Of a stretch of DNA of 64,000 nt, positions 38,984 to 48,060 are shown in pieces. How positions within the stretch are numbered: the stretch's first letter is position 1; each line of letters opens with the position of its first letter. The notes under the pieces were generated by a model. That model did no database searches, was not told where the DNA came from, and saw nothing but the letters and a program-made list of their open reading frames with translations. This stretch comes from Armatimonadia bacterium (GTDB taxonomy: Bacteria > Armatimonadota > Zipacnadia > Zipacnadales > UBA11051). Location of the stretch: NCBI GenBank assembly GCA_039683575.1, contig JBDKRC010000323.1:1-64000 (forward strand), written 5' to 3'. The translations under genes were made by a program, and so were the position numbers.

Positions 38984-40153
38984 ATGATGCGAATCACAAT
39001 GTTTTACCACTCGCTACTCTCTGACTGGAACCACGGCAACGCCCACTTCCTGCGCGGGATCGTGACCGAACTACAAGCGCGGGGCCATCATGTCGAGGTC
39101 TACGAACCCCGGCTCGGCTGGAGCCTGCAGAACCTCTTTGCCGAGCGCGGCGCCCAGCCTCTGATTGACTTCCAGGACGCCTACCCTGGTCTCATGAGTA
39201 CACTCTACGACCCCGAGCAGATCGACCTGGATGCCGTCCTGCAGGACACCGACCTCGTCATCGTACACGAATGGAACGAGCCGGAGTTGATCGCCCGGAT
39301 CGGTCGACACCGCAAGGGACGCTATCTCTCAGGCGGTCCCAACTATCGCCTGCTCTTCCACGATACCCACCATCGCTGCGTCACCGACCCACACAGCCTC
39401 GGACGCCTCGATCTCAAGCACTATGACGGCGTCCTGGCCTTCGGCGACATCGTCCGGGAACTCTATCTCGTCTACGGCTGGGCCCGCCGCGCCTGGACGT
39501 GGCACGAGGCTGCCGACACGCGTATCTTCCATCCCTACTACGATGTGGAACCCGAAGGCGATCTTGTGTGGGTTGGTAACTGGGGTGACGAGGAGCGCAC
39601 TGCCGAGCTACAGGAGTTCCTGCTTGAGCCGGTGCGCGAGCTGAGACTCACGGCCACGGTCCACGGCGTGCGCTACCCGGATCACGCACTACAGATGCTC
39701 AAGCGCGCGAAGATCAAGTACGGTGGCTGGGTGGCCAACTATGACGTACCCAGGCTCTTCGCAGCCCACCGCGTGACAGTGCACGTGCCCCGCCGCCCGT
39801 ACGTGCAGGCACTGCCGGGCATCCCCACCATTCGCGTTTTCGAGGCCATGGCCGCCGGCATTCCGCTGGTCTGCTCGCCGTGGAATGACTGCGAGCATCT
39901 CTTCACCCCGGGTGAAGACTTCCTCGTGGCCCACGACAAGCGCGAGATGAAGGGCCACCTGCGCGCGCTACTGCACGATGACGCCATGGCCCGGCAACTG
40001 GCCACCAATGCCCGCCGCACCATCCTCGCGAGCCACACCTGTGCTCATCGCGTCAACGAACTACTGGCCGTCTGCGGTGAGCTCGGCCTCAACACGGCTG
40101 TCCACGCCACGCGGCGGGCCGGCAGCCCCGCTCTGCAGGGGGTGCTTTCATGA
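38984..40153 (+). CDS. CgeB family glycosyltransferase #1
   Basis: SDWNHGNAHFLRG, HDTHHR and PTIRVFEA. Confidence 0.88.
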   Translation: MMRITMFYHSLLSDWNHGNAHFLRGIVTELQARGHHVEVYEPRLGWSLQNLFAERGAQPLIDFQDAYPGLMSTLYDPEQIDLDAVLQDTDLVIVHEWNEPELIARIGRHRKGRYLSGGPNYRLLFHDTHHRCVTDPHSLGRLDLKHYDGVLAFGDIVRELYLVYGWARRAWTWHEAADTRIFHPYYDVEPEGDLVWVGNWGDEERTAELQEFLLEPVRELRLTATVHGVRYPDHALQMLKRAKIKYGGWVANYDVPRLFAAHRVTVHVPRRPYVQALPGIPTIRVFEAMAAGIPLVCSPWNDCEHLFTPGEDFLVAHDKREMKGHLRALLHDDAMARQLATNARRTILASHTCAHRVNELLAVCGELGLNTAVHATRRAGSPALQGVLS

Positions 40154-41226
40154 GCAGGTCCTTGAACATCGCCTTCTTTGGTTCCAGTCTGGTCTCTGCC
40201 TACTGGAACGGCGCAGCCACCTACTACCGGGGCATCATCCGCGCCCTGGCCGGCCGCGGCCACCGGGTTACCTTCTACGAACCCGATGCCTATGACCGGC
40301 AGCAACACCGGGACATGGCCGATCCGGACTGGGCAAGGGTGGTGGTCTACACCGCTGAGGGCGAGGACGGGGTACGCGGCGCGCTCGCGGAGGCGGCGTC
40401 CGCTGACCTCGTAGTCAAGGCCAGTGGCGTCGGCGTGTTTGATGAACTGCTGGAGGCGGAAACGCTCGAACTGCGGAAGCCGGGCACCCTCGTCGCCTTC
40501 TGGGACGTGGACGCCCCGGCAACGCTCGACCGCGTGCAAAGCAACGCAGGAGACGCGTTCGGGCCCCTGATTCCGCGCTACGATCTCATCCTCACCTACG
40601 GCGGCGGCCGTCCAGTCGTGGACGCATATCTCGCCCTCGGCGCCCGGTCCTGCGTGCCCGTCTACAACGCACTCGATCCGGCCACCCACTACCCAGTTGC
40701 GCCTGATCCGCGCTTCGCGGGCCATCTGGGCTTTCTGGGCAATCGCTTACCCGACCGCGAAACGCGGGTGGAGCGGTTCTTCCTGCAGCCGGCGGCGGCG
40801 CTTCACGACCACCAGTTCCTCCTCGGCGGCAATGGCTGGGACAACAAGCCGAAGACGGAGAACGTCAGCTATCTCGGCCACATCTACACCGCCGACCACA
40901 ATGCCTTCAACTGCACTCCGCTGGCGGTGCTCAACATCGCCCGGGAGAGTATGGCGCGCTACGGCTTCTCTCCGGCCACCCGCATCTTTGAGGCCGCGGG
41001 AGCCGCTGCGTGCCTGATCACCGACCACTGGGAGGGCATCGAGCTCTTTCTGGAGCCCGATCGCGAAGTCCTGGTGGCCTGTGACGGCGCCGAGGTGGCC
41101 TATCATCTCGAGCGCCTGAGCACCCGTCGCGCCAAACAGATCGGCGAGGCAGCCCTCAAGCGGACGCTCGCCGAGCACACGTACCACCAGCGAGTGGCGC
41201 AGTTGGAGAAAGTCCTGGACCTGTAG
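40150..41226 (+). CDS. CgeB family glycosyltransferase #2
   Basis: SAYWNGAATYYRG, WDVDAP, PATRIFEAA and HTY; ATGA overlap. Confidence 0.88.
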   Translation: MSRSLNIAFFGSSLVSAYWNGAATYYRGIIRALAGRGHRVTFYEPDAYDRQQHRDMADPDWARVVVYTAEGEDGVRGALAEAASADLVVKASGVGVFDELLEAETLELRKPGTLVAFWDVDAPATLDRVQSNAGDAFGPLIPRYDLILTYGGGRPVVDAYLALGARSCVPVYNALDPATHYPVAPDPRFAGHLGFLGNRLPDRETRVERFFLQPAAALHDHQFLLGGNGWDNKPKTENVSYLGHIYTADHNAFNCTPLAVLNIARESMARYGFSPATRIFEAAGAAACLITDHWEGIELFLEPDREVLVACDGAEVAYHLERLSTRRAKQIGEAALKRTLAEHTYHQRVAQLEKVLDL

Positions 41227-41258
41227 AGCTATCCTCGACATCAGACAAGGTGGTTCCC

Positions 41259-42359
41259 ATGCCTGATAACCTGAACTTCGTCATTCTTGGCCTGTCTATA
41301 ACCAGCTCGTGGGGCAATGGTCACGCCACCACTTACCGCGCTCTTGTACGGGAGCTTTCCCGGCAGGGCCACAGCGTCACCTTCCTGGAGCGTGACGTCC
41401 CATGGTACGCTGAAAACCGGGACCTGCCGGACCCGGACTACTGCCGCACCTCCCTCTACTCCAGCCTCGAACAGCTCCATGACGAGCATGCTGCCGAGGT
41501 CCGCGACGCCGACATGGTCATCGTGGGATCGTTCGTGCCGGAGGGGGTCGCGGTCGGCAAGTGGGCGCTTGAGCAGGCAACTCAGTTGGTAGCCTTCTAT
41601 GACATTGATACTCCTGTCACCCTGGCCAAGCTCCAGCGGGGCGACCACGAGTACCTCGCTCCGCACTTGATCCCGCAATATGATCTCTACCTGTCCTTCA
41701 CCGGAGGGCGGACTCTCAACGTACTGGAAGAAGACTATGGCGCTCCCGCCGCCCGTGCCCTCTACTGTTCTGTGGATCCGGAGCTTTACTACCCTGAGCC
41801 GGTGGACCTCAAGTGGGACCTGGGCTACATGGGCACCTACAGCGATGACCGCCAGCCGCGACTGGAATCGATGCTCCTGCAGCCCGCGCGACAGTGGCTG
41901 CAGGGCAAGTTCGCTGTCGCCGGGCCGCAGTATCCGGCGGACCTGCACTGGCCCCCCAACGTCACCCGGTTCGAGCACCTGCCGCCCAGCGAGCACCGGC
42001 GCTTCTACAGTTCCCAGCGCTTCACCCTCAACGTCACTCGCGACGACATGACCCGCGCCGGCTACGCCCCGAGCGTCCGTCTCTTCGAGGCCGCCGCCTG
42101 CGGCACGCCGATCATCAGCGACTCCTGGGAAGGGCTGGAGACATTTTTCGCCCTGGGCACCGAGATTCTAATCGGCGGCCATCCCGCCGACACGCTGCGC
42201 TACCTCAGCGGCGTTCCGGAGGCGTGCCGCCGGCGCATCGCTGAGCGAGCGCGCAAGCGCGTCCTGGCCCAGCACACCTCTGCCCATCGCGCAGATGAAC
42301 TGGTCGGCTACACCCGCCAAATACTCGACCGTCTTGCCACCCCGGCCACCCTCCTCTAG
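41259..42359 (+). CDS. CgeB family glycosyltransferase #3
   Basis: SSWGNGHATTYR, YDIDTP and PSVRLFEAAACG. Confidence 0.88.
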   Translation: MPDNLNFVILGLSITSSWGNGHATTYRALVRELSRQGHSVTFLERDVPWYAENRDLPDPDYCRTSLYSSLEQLHDEHAAEVRDADMVIVGSFVPEGVAVGKWALEQATQLVAFYDIDTPVTLAKLQRGDHEYLAPHLIPQYDLYLSFTGGRTLNVLEEDYGAPAARALYCSVDPELYYPEPVDLKWDLGYMGTYSDDRQPRLESMLLQPARQWLQGKFAVAGPQYPADLHWPPNVTRFEHLPPSEHRRFYSSQRFTLNVTRDDMTRAGYAPSVRLFEAAACGTPIISDSWEGLETFFALGTEILIGGHPADTLRYLSGVPEACRRRIAERARKRVLAQHTSAHRADELVGYTRQILDRLATPATLL

Positions 42360-42395
42360 TCTCTCCGCCTCTGCGGCGTCAGGTCCTCCAGGCAC

Positions 42396-42433
42396 AAAAA
42401 AAGGGCTCCCCAAAGTGGGGAGCCCTTCTGCTT
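42396..42433. terminator. Bidirectional terminator closing the stress island
   Basis: A-tract, then AAGGGCTCCCCA-AAG-TGGGGAGCCCTT, then CTGCTT. Confidence 0.85.
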
Positions 42434-42446
42434 CATGTGGTGTTCT

Positions 42447-43394
42447 CTACTGGGACGTCTGCGTGACCTGGTCCTGATCGGTGCCATCCGGCAGCATTGT
42501 CCACAGCTCGCGATTGCGGGTGAAGGCAATCCGGCTGCCCGCCGCGTTCCATACAGGGTAGCCATCCGAGCGCGCGTCGGCGGTTATCGACACCGGGCTG
42601 GTGCCGTCCACATTCATCGTCCATATGTCGAAATCGCCGCGCCGGTTGGAGTGGAAGGCGATCTTGTTGCCATCGGGGGACCAGTTCGGAGCCTCATCAC
42701 GGAAGGTGCTGCTCTCGGTGATGTTGGTGGTGGTCAAGCTGGCGATGTCCAGGATGGCAATATCAGTGTTGGCGCCCGACCTGCCAATGCCCAGTTGGAA
42801 CGCGATCTTCGTCCCATCGGGCGAATAGACCGGCCACTGCGCGTCAGTCCCGGGGTCGTATAGCTCCGCCGCGTCCGTGCCGTCCCGGTCGACAGTCCAG
42901 ATCGTGTAGTGGTCGCCGCCGCCCTTGTTGCTCACGTAGACCAACTTGCTGCTATTGGGCGCCCAACTCGGCTGGAGGTCCGAGCCGGTCACGGTGTTGT
43001 CGGTGATCCGCGTCTCCCGGAGCCTGTTGCCCTGGGATGAATCGATGAGGTACAACGACTGCGAGCCGCCGCCACGCCGCGTGACCATCGCAATATCAGA
43101 GCCGTCCGGTGACCAGGCCGGCTGCTTGCCACCCTCGTTGCTGTCATCCTCGTCGTTGGTGCTCTGCGTCAGCAGCACGAGACTGCCGCCGCCGCTGCTG
43201 ATCGAGTAGATGTACTCCAGCCCGTTGCCGCCGAGGGATGTGAAGGCTACACGGTTCCCTGCCGGGTTGTAGCTCGTCCGGTCGATGACGTTCTGAAACA
43301 CCGTCTGGTCGTTGTTTCCGCCGCATCCGACCAGCACAACCGCCAGCGCCACAACCAACATTGCGACCATCACGACTTTAGCGTTCCACCGCAT
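42447..43394 (-). CDS. TolB-like PD40 beta-propeller lipoprotein
   Basis: Lipobox LVGC; repeated PAWSPDG, PVYSPDG and PNWSPDGNKIAF. Confidence 0.85.
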   Translation of the reverse strand: MRWNAKVVMVAMLVVALAVVLVGCGGNNDQTVFQNVIDRTSYNPAGNRVAFTSLGGNGLEYIYSISSGGGSLVLLTQSTNDEDDSNEGGKQPAWSPDGSDIAMVTRRGGGSQSLYLIDSSQGNRLRETRITDNTVTGSDLQPSWAPNSSKLVYVSNKGGGDHYTIWTVDRDGTDAAELYDPGTDAQWPVYSPDGTKIAFQLGIGRSGANTDIAILDIASLTTTNITESSTFRDEAPNWSPDGNKIAFHSNRRGDFDIWTMNVDGTSPVSITADARSDGYPVWNAAGSRIAFTRNRELWTMLPDGTDQDQVTQTSQ

Positions 43395-43509
43395 AGCGCA
43401 GAGGCTCCCTTCATCAGGCAGCGGTCATGGCAGGCATGCCGCTGCAAGTCAGTACCGCATTTGTTTGAGACAGCAGCCGTGCAGCAAGGTTTCCCCCGCC
43501 GCACGGTGA

Positions 43510-43539
43510 ATTATACGTACCTCTTCAACTACAGGTCAA
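43510..43539 (-). promoter_or_regulatory. Sigma70-type promoter for the TolB-like gene
   Basis: TTGACC-N18-TATAAT on the minus strand. Confidence 0.6.
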
Positions 43540-43595
43540 GCAATACCTCCCGCCTCGGCCGGGATCGCACCTGCCGGCAGCTAAGGACCAAGCCT

Positions 43596-44612
43596 ATGGA
43601 CTCCAAGATCGGTGTCGCCATAAATTCCTGTGGCTCAGTTGCCTATGAGCACGCCCGCGCCTACCTCAGCGATCCCCGCTGCGAGATCGTGGGCGTTGCC
43701 AGCCGCACCTGCAAGAGCGCCGAGAAGATGATCTCGGAGCTGGCCCTCGATTGCACGATCTATCCCGACTACGACGCCCTCCTGAGCGATCCCCGCGTCC
43801 AGGCGGTCTCCATCACCTCTCCCAACTACCTCCACGCCGCCGAGGCCGCTGCCGCCCTGCGCGCGGACAAGCACGTTCTGCTCGAGAAGCCCCCCGGCAT
43901 CACCCATGAGCAGCTTGACGACCTCTCCGCCGCCCTGCAGGGCCGCAGCCTCACCACGCTCTGCAGCTTCGTGCTCCGCTGGAACCCGCTCGTCGAGGCC
44001 CTGACCGCCCTGCGCGACCAGGGCGCCTTCGGCGAACTCTTCTTCGTCCAGACCGACTACTGGCACGGCGTCGGCAGCGTCATCAGCCCCGACCGCTGGC
44101 TCAGCAAGACCCAATACGCCGGCAGCGCCGTCCTCGCTGGCGGCAGTCATGCCGTGGACCTCGCCCGTCACTTCGCAGGCGATATCGAGAGCGTCTCGGC
44201 CTTCTCCCTCCGCCGCGCCGAGGGCTTTGACTACGACACCACCATCTCGGCCACGCTGCGCCTCACGAACGGCGGCACGGGCCGCATCAGCGTCTCTTTC
44301 GATGCCCCCGCGCCCTACCAGTTCAACATCGAATTCATTGGCAGCCAGGGCGTGTGCCGTCAAAACCGCGTCTGGAGCGAGCAGGCTTTCCCCGGCCAGG
44401 GCGACTGGGTCAGTCTCCCCCAGGCCGGCCCCGACAGCGGCGCGGTCTCACATCACCCCTTCAACGCCGAGATCGCCCACTTCCTCGACCGCATTCAAGA
44501 GGGCCGCGACGGCGATCCAAGCCTCAGCCACGCCATAGAGACCGCCCGAGTCTGCCTCGCCATAGGCGAATCCGCCGCCAAAGAGGGCCAGCCCGTAACC
44601 GTGAGACGGTAG
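43596..44612 (+). CDS. Gfo/Idh/MocA family oxidoreductase
   Basis: SPNYLH, KHVLLEKP and GGSHAVD; AAGGA RBS. Confidence 0.88.
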   Translation: MDSKIGVAINSCGSVAYEHARAYLSDPRCEIVGVASRTCKSAEKMISELALDCTIYPDYDALLSDPRVQAVSITSPNYLHAAEAAAALRADKHVLLEKPPGITHEQLDDLSAALQGRSLTTLCSFVLRWNPLVEALTALRDQGAFGELFFVQTDYWHGVGSVISPDRWLSKTQYAGSAVLAGGSHAVDLARHFAGDIESVSAFSLRRAEGFDYDTTISATLRLTNGGTGRISVSFDAPAPYQFNIEFIGSQGVCRQNRVWSEQAFPGQGDWVSLPQAGPDSGAVSHHPFNAEIAHFLDRIQEGRDGDPSLSHAIETARVCLAIGESAAKEGQPVTVRR

Positions 44613-44704
44613 GAGCGCTCCCCGGGCGGACGCTGCGTCCGCCGCGCGATGGTACGCCACCGACCTCTCGTCGCACCTTTGTACGAGCGATCACTGATCG
44701 CGAC
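44609..44704. repeat. GTAG-type REP family C, one copy with a nested hairpin and one simple copy
   Basis: GTAGGAGCGCTCCCCGG[GCGGACGCTGCGTCCGC]CGCGCGAT at 44609-44650; GTACGAGCGATCACTGATCGCGA at 44681-44703; related copy at 58223. Confidence 0.7.
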
Positions 44705-44729
44705 TAGCTCCATAAGGAGCCGCCATCCC

Positions 44730-45716
44730 ATGACCTCCCGCGAACGCATCACCCGCGCCATCAAATTCCAGGGCCCAGACCGCATCCCGTACAACCTCCC
44801 CGCCCCCTACGGCACCGATTTCTACTGGATCGGCCCCGGCGCCGACCCCTCCTTCGTGCCTTGCGTGAAGACCGACACCCAGTGGGAGGACGAGTACCAC
44901 TGCGTCTGGAGCAAGCTCCACGGCGACAAGACCATGGGGCAGGTCACAGGCAACCCCCTCACCGACTACGCCATGCTCGACGACTTCCCGTTCCCCGACT
45001 ACCAGAACCCGGTGCGCTACGAACACTGCGCCGAGGCCGTTGCCAAGAACACTGAAGACAAATTCGTCCTCGCGGGCATCCCCTTCAGCCTCATCCACCG
45101 CCTCGAGTATCTCCGCGGTCATGTCAATGCCTGGACCGACCCGTATGTCTACCCGAAAGAGATGAGCCGCCTGCTGAACAAGCTCGGGGACATTGCGATT
45201 GATGCCATTGACAGCCTCGCCGACGCCGGCATAGATGGCATCATGTCCTGCGACGACTGGGGCCTGCAGGACCGCCCGATGCTCTCCCCGGCCACTTTCG
45301 CCGAATTCTTCAAGCCGGTCTACAAGCGCGTCTACCACCACGCCCACGAGCGCGGCGTGCTGACCCTCCTGCACAGTTGCGGCCACATCGCCGACCTGCT
45401 CGACCACTTCATCGAGGCCGAACTGGACGTCATCCAGATGGATCAGCAGGAGAACATGGGGGTAGAGATGCTGGCGGAGCGCTTCGGGGGCCGAATCGCC
45501 TTCTGGTGCCCGGTGGACATCCAGAACACCATGGTCAACGGCACTGTGGAGGACGTCCGCGCCTACGCGCGCAAGCTCATCGACAACCTCGGCCGCTTCA
45601 ACGGCGGCTTCATCGCCCAGTGGTACGCCTCGCCGCAGGCCGTCAATCACTCAGACGAAAAGATCCAGGCCATGAGCCAGGAGTTCGTGGAGTACGGGGG
45701 GACGTTCTACCAGTAG
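44730..45716 (+). CDS. Uroporphyrinogen decarboxylase / MtaA-CmuA family protein #2
   Basis: MTSRERI...PDRIP, DDWGLQ...LSP, HSCG and GGFI; TAAGGAG RBS. Confidence 0.88.
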   Translation: MTSRERITRAIKFQGPDRIPYNLPAPYGTDFYWIGPGADPSFVPCVKTDTQWEDEYHCVWSKLHGDKTMGQVTGNPLTDYAMLDDFPFPDYQNPVRYEHCAEAVAKNTEDKFVLAGIPFSLIHRLEYLRGHVNAWTDPYVYPKEMSRLLNKLGDIAIDAIDSLADAGIDGIMSCDDWGLQDRPMLSPATFAEFFKPVYKRVYHHAHERGVLTLLHSCGHIADLLDHFIEAELDVIQMDQQENMGVEMLAERFGGRIAFWCPVDIQNTMVNGTVEDVRAYARKLIDNLGRFNGGFIAQWYASPQAVNHSDEKIQAMSQEFVEYGGTFYQ

Positions 45717-45719
45717 TCT

Positions 45720-45796
45720 CTGTAGGGCGGGGGCTTGTACCCCGCCGCAGTGATCGCCCTGCGTGGACCGGCGGGGTACAAGCCCCCGCCCTACAG
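45720..45796. repeat. REPIN-like doublet of a GTAG REP (family D)
   Basis: Perfect 28-bp inverted arms CTGTAGGGCGGGGGCTTGTACCCCGCCG at 45720-45747 and 45769-45796. Confidence 0.88.
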
Positions 45797-45825
45797 CTAA
45801 CGTTACAACGATACAGAGGCCCGAT

Positions 45826-47196
45826 ATGACCAACAAAGCCCTGCTGATAGCGTTCCTGCTAGTCCTGACGATTCTACTCACCGGCTGCCCCCAGACCTCC
45901 CAAACCCAGGCCCCGACGGCCGGAGCCGGGCCCATTCTCCCCACCCAGCAGCAGGCCGGCGGACAGAAGACCCTCCAGCTCTGGACCATCTGGAACACCG
46001 AGCCCCGCCTCAGCGCCCTCGGCGACCTCGTGAAGGCCTTCGAGACCGCCAATCCCGACATCAACATCCAACTGAACGCCCAGGAGCCTGATGCCTACAA
46101 GACCGGCATCCGCGTGGCTCTCGGCGGGGCGCAGCCCCCGGACATCTTCTTCGTCTGGAGCGGCGAAAAGATGCTGCACAACTTCGTCCGCGGCGGCAAC
46201 GTGGCCGACCTCACCGCCGACCTCGATGCCAACAACAAGGCCTGGCGCAGCCGCCTCGTCCCGACCTCCCTGGCCAGCTACACCTACGATGGCAAGACCT
46301 ACGGCGTGCCATACCTGCTCCAGACCACCTTCTTTCTCTACAACAAGGATATGTTCGCCAAGAACGGGTGGAAAGTCCCCACGACCTGGCCCGAACTCGT
46401 CGCCCTCAGCAACAAGATCAAGGCCAAAGGTATCATCCCCATCGCCCTTGGTAATCTCCAGAAGTGGCCCGCCCACCACTACCCGGCCGTCCTCGCCCAG
46501 CGCCTGATCGGCAAGGCCGCCGTCGAGCGCCAGTACGATCCCATGGGCCCCGGCACCTACAGCGAGCCCGCCTGGACCAAGTCACTTGAGATGTTCAAGC
46601 AGCTAACCGACACCGGCGCCTTCAGCAAGGCCCCCAACGGCGTGGACCGCGCCGTCGCCCGCACGCTCTTCTACAGCGGCAAGGCCGCCATGTTCTACAC
46701 CGGAACCTGGGACTTCGCGCGCCTGTCCAAAGGTGGCGAGGCCCCCGAGGGCTTCTGGAACGAGTGGGGCTTCTTCAACTTCCCGGCCGTCCCCGGCGGC
46801 AAGGGGGAGCAGGACTGCCTCGCCGGCTCGGCTGACGGCTACGTGATCTCCTCCAAGACCCCCAACCGCGAGGCCGCCGTCCGCTTCCTGCAGTTCATGA
46901 CCTCGGTCGAGCAAGCCCAGCAGTTCGTGCAAAAGTGCCAGGAACTCGTGCAGGTTGAGGGTGCCGTGACCGACCAGAACGCCGGCCCGCGCCTGCGCGA
47001 ATACCGCGACGCAGTAAAGAAGGCCCCGTGCCTCTCCGCCTGGGCCGACACCCTAATGGAAGAATCCGTCGCCCAGGCCTACATGACGGGCGTACAGAGC
47101 CTGATGGAGGGCAAGCTGACCCCGGCGCAGGTCATGGACTCCGTCCGCAAGCGCCAGCGCGAGGTAAAGCGCGACCTGCAGGCCAAGGGGCAATAG
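45826..47196 (+). CDS. Sugar ABC transporter substrate-binding lipoprotein (CUT1/SBP_bac_1)
   Basis: Lipobox LTGC, PDIF, DGKTYGVP, YNKDMF, PTTWPEL and GKAAM; no permease genes adjacent. Confidence 0.88.
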   Translation: MTNKALLIAFLLVLTILLTGCPQTSQTQAPTAGAGPILPTQQQAGGQKTLQLWTIWNTEPRLSALGDLVKAFETANPDINIQLNAQEPDAYKTGIRVALGGAQPPDIFFVWSGEKMLHNFVRGGNVADLTADLDANNKAWRSRLVPTSLASYTYDGKTYGVPYLLQTTFFLYNKDMFAKNGWKVPTTWPELVALSNKIKAKGIIPIALGNLQKWPAHHYPAVLAQRLIGKAAVERQYDPMGPGTYSEPAWTKSLEMFKQLTDTGAFSKAPNGVDRAVARTLFYSGKAAMFYTGTWDFARLSKGGEAPEGFWNEWGFFNFPAVPGGKGEQDCLAGSADGYVISSKTPNREAAVRFLQFMTSVEQAQQFVQKCQELVQVEGAVTDQNAGPRLREYRDAVKKAPCLSAWADTLMEESVAQAYMTGVQSLMEGKLTPAQVMDSVRKRQREVKRDLQAKGQ

Positions 47197-47206
47197 CAGG
47201 AAGAAA

Positions 47207-47233
47207 GCAGGAAAGTCGCGCTTAACGCCGAAG
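47207..47233 (+). promoter_or_regulatory. SigH-like motif GCAGGA-N17-GAAG
   Basis: Lies upstream of DUF1559 #4. Confidence 0.45.
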
Positions 47234-47264
47234 GCTATGATAAGAATGTTCACGGAGGTGACTA

Positions 47265-47909
47265 ATGCACAGAGGCTTTACGCTAATCGAACTGCTCGTC
47301 GTAATCGCGATCATTGCCATTCTGGCGGCGATCCTGTTCCCCGTCTTCGCCAAAGCACGCGAAAAGGCGCGTCAGAGTAGCTGTCTGTCGAACGTCAAGC
47401 AACTGGGCCTGGCCTTCTACCAGTACGCCCAGGATTACGATGAGATGAACGCCAAGTGCTATGGAGGCCCCACTTACTCTTGGAAGTGGTATTACCAGGG
47501 TGCGAGCAATCCCGGGTTCATCTATCCCTATGTCAAGAACTGGCAAGTCTTCATCTGCCCCAGCGGCAGTTCAACCTACGGCGGCAATCGCAACATTCTC
47601 CTCAGCAACGCCCACGGTCCGGGCTTGGCCATGGCCGCCATCCAGTATCCGGCTGAGACCGTGGTCTTCTCTGATGCCACACAATGGGCCTGTGACCCGG
47701 TTACCGGCCTCGGAGGCACCTTCCGCTATGGCATCGGCATGACGCCCTGGTCTACGTTTGCGGCCCACGTCGCAGGCGGGTGCACCGGCGGCGGCTGCAT
47801 GCTACCCCGCCACAACGACATGACTAACATCGCCTTCGCCGATGGTCATGCCAAGGCCATGAAGCCAGAGGCCACCGAGAAGCCTGTGAACATGTGGGAC
47901 ATCAACTAA
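47265..47909 (+). CDS. Prepilin-type DUF1559 / H-X9-DG protein (#4)
   Basis: [18 protein letters not shown] leader and [14 protein letters not shown]. Confidence 0.92.
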   Translation: MHRGFTLIELLVVIAIIAILAAILFPVFAKAREKARQSSCLSNVKQLGLAFYQYAQDYDEMNAKCYGGPTYSWKWYYQGASNPGFIYPYVKNWQVFICPSGSSTYGGNRNILLSNAHGPGLAMAAIQYPAETVVFSDATQWACDPVTGLGGTFRYGIGMTPWSTFAAHVAGGCTGGGCMLPRHNDMTNIAFADGHAKAMKPEATEKPVNMWDIN

Positions 47910-47935
47910 CGCCAGTAACCAGCAAGACCAGAAAG

Positions 47936-47969
47936 AAAGGCCCTGGCAGCGATGCCAGGGCTTTTCTTT
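47936..47969 (+). terminator. Intrinsic terminator
   Basis: AAAGGCCCTGGCA-GCGA-TGCCAGGGCTTTTCTTT. Confidence 0.85.
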
Positions 47970-47998
47970 GCCGTGGCAGCAGGCCGTGAACGTCCCTG

Positions 47999-48026
47999 GC
48001 AGGAAGCCTCACCCCGCACCGCGAAT
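47999..48026 (+). promoter_or_regulatory. SigH-like motif GCAGGA-N18-GAAT
   Basis: Lies upstream of DUF1559 #5 and immediately after the #4 terminator. Confidence 0.55.
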
Positions 48027-48060
48027 ACGTAATTACCGACTATTCCTGGAGGTGGTACGC

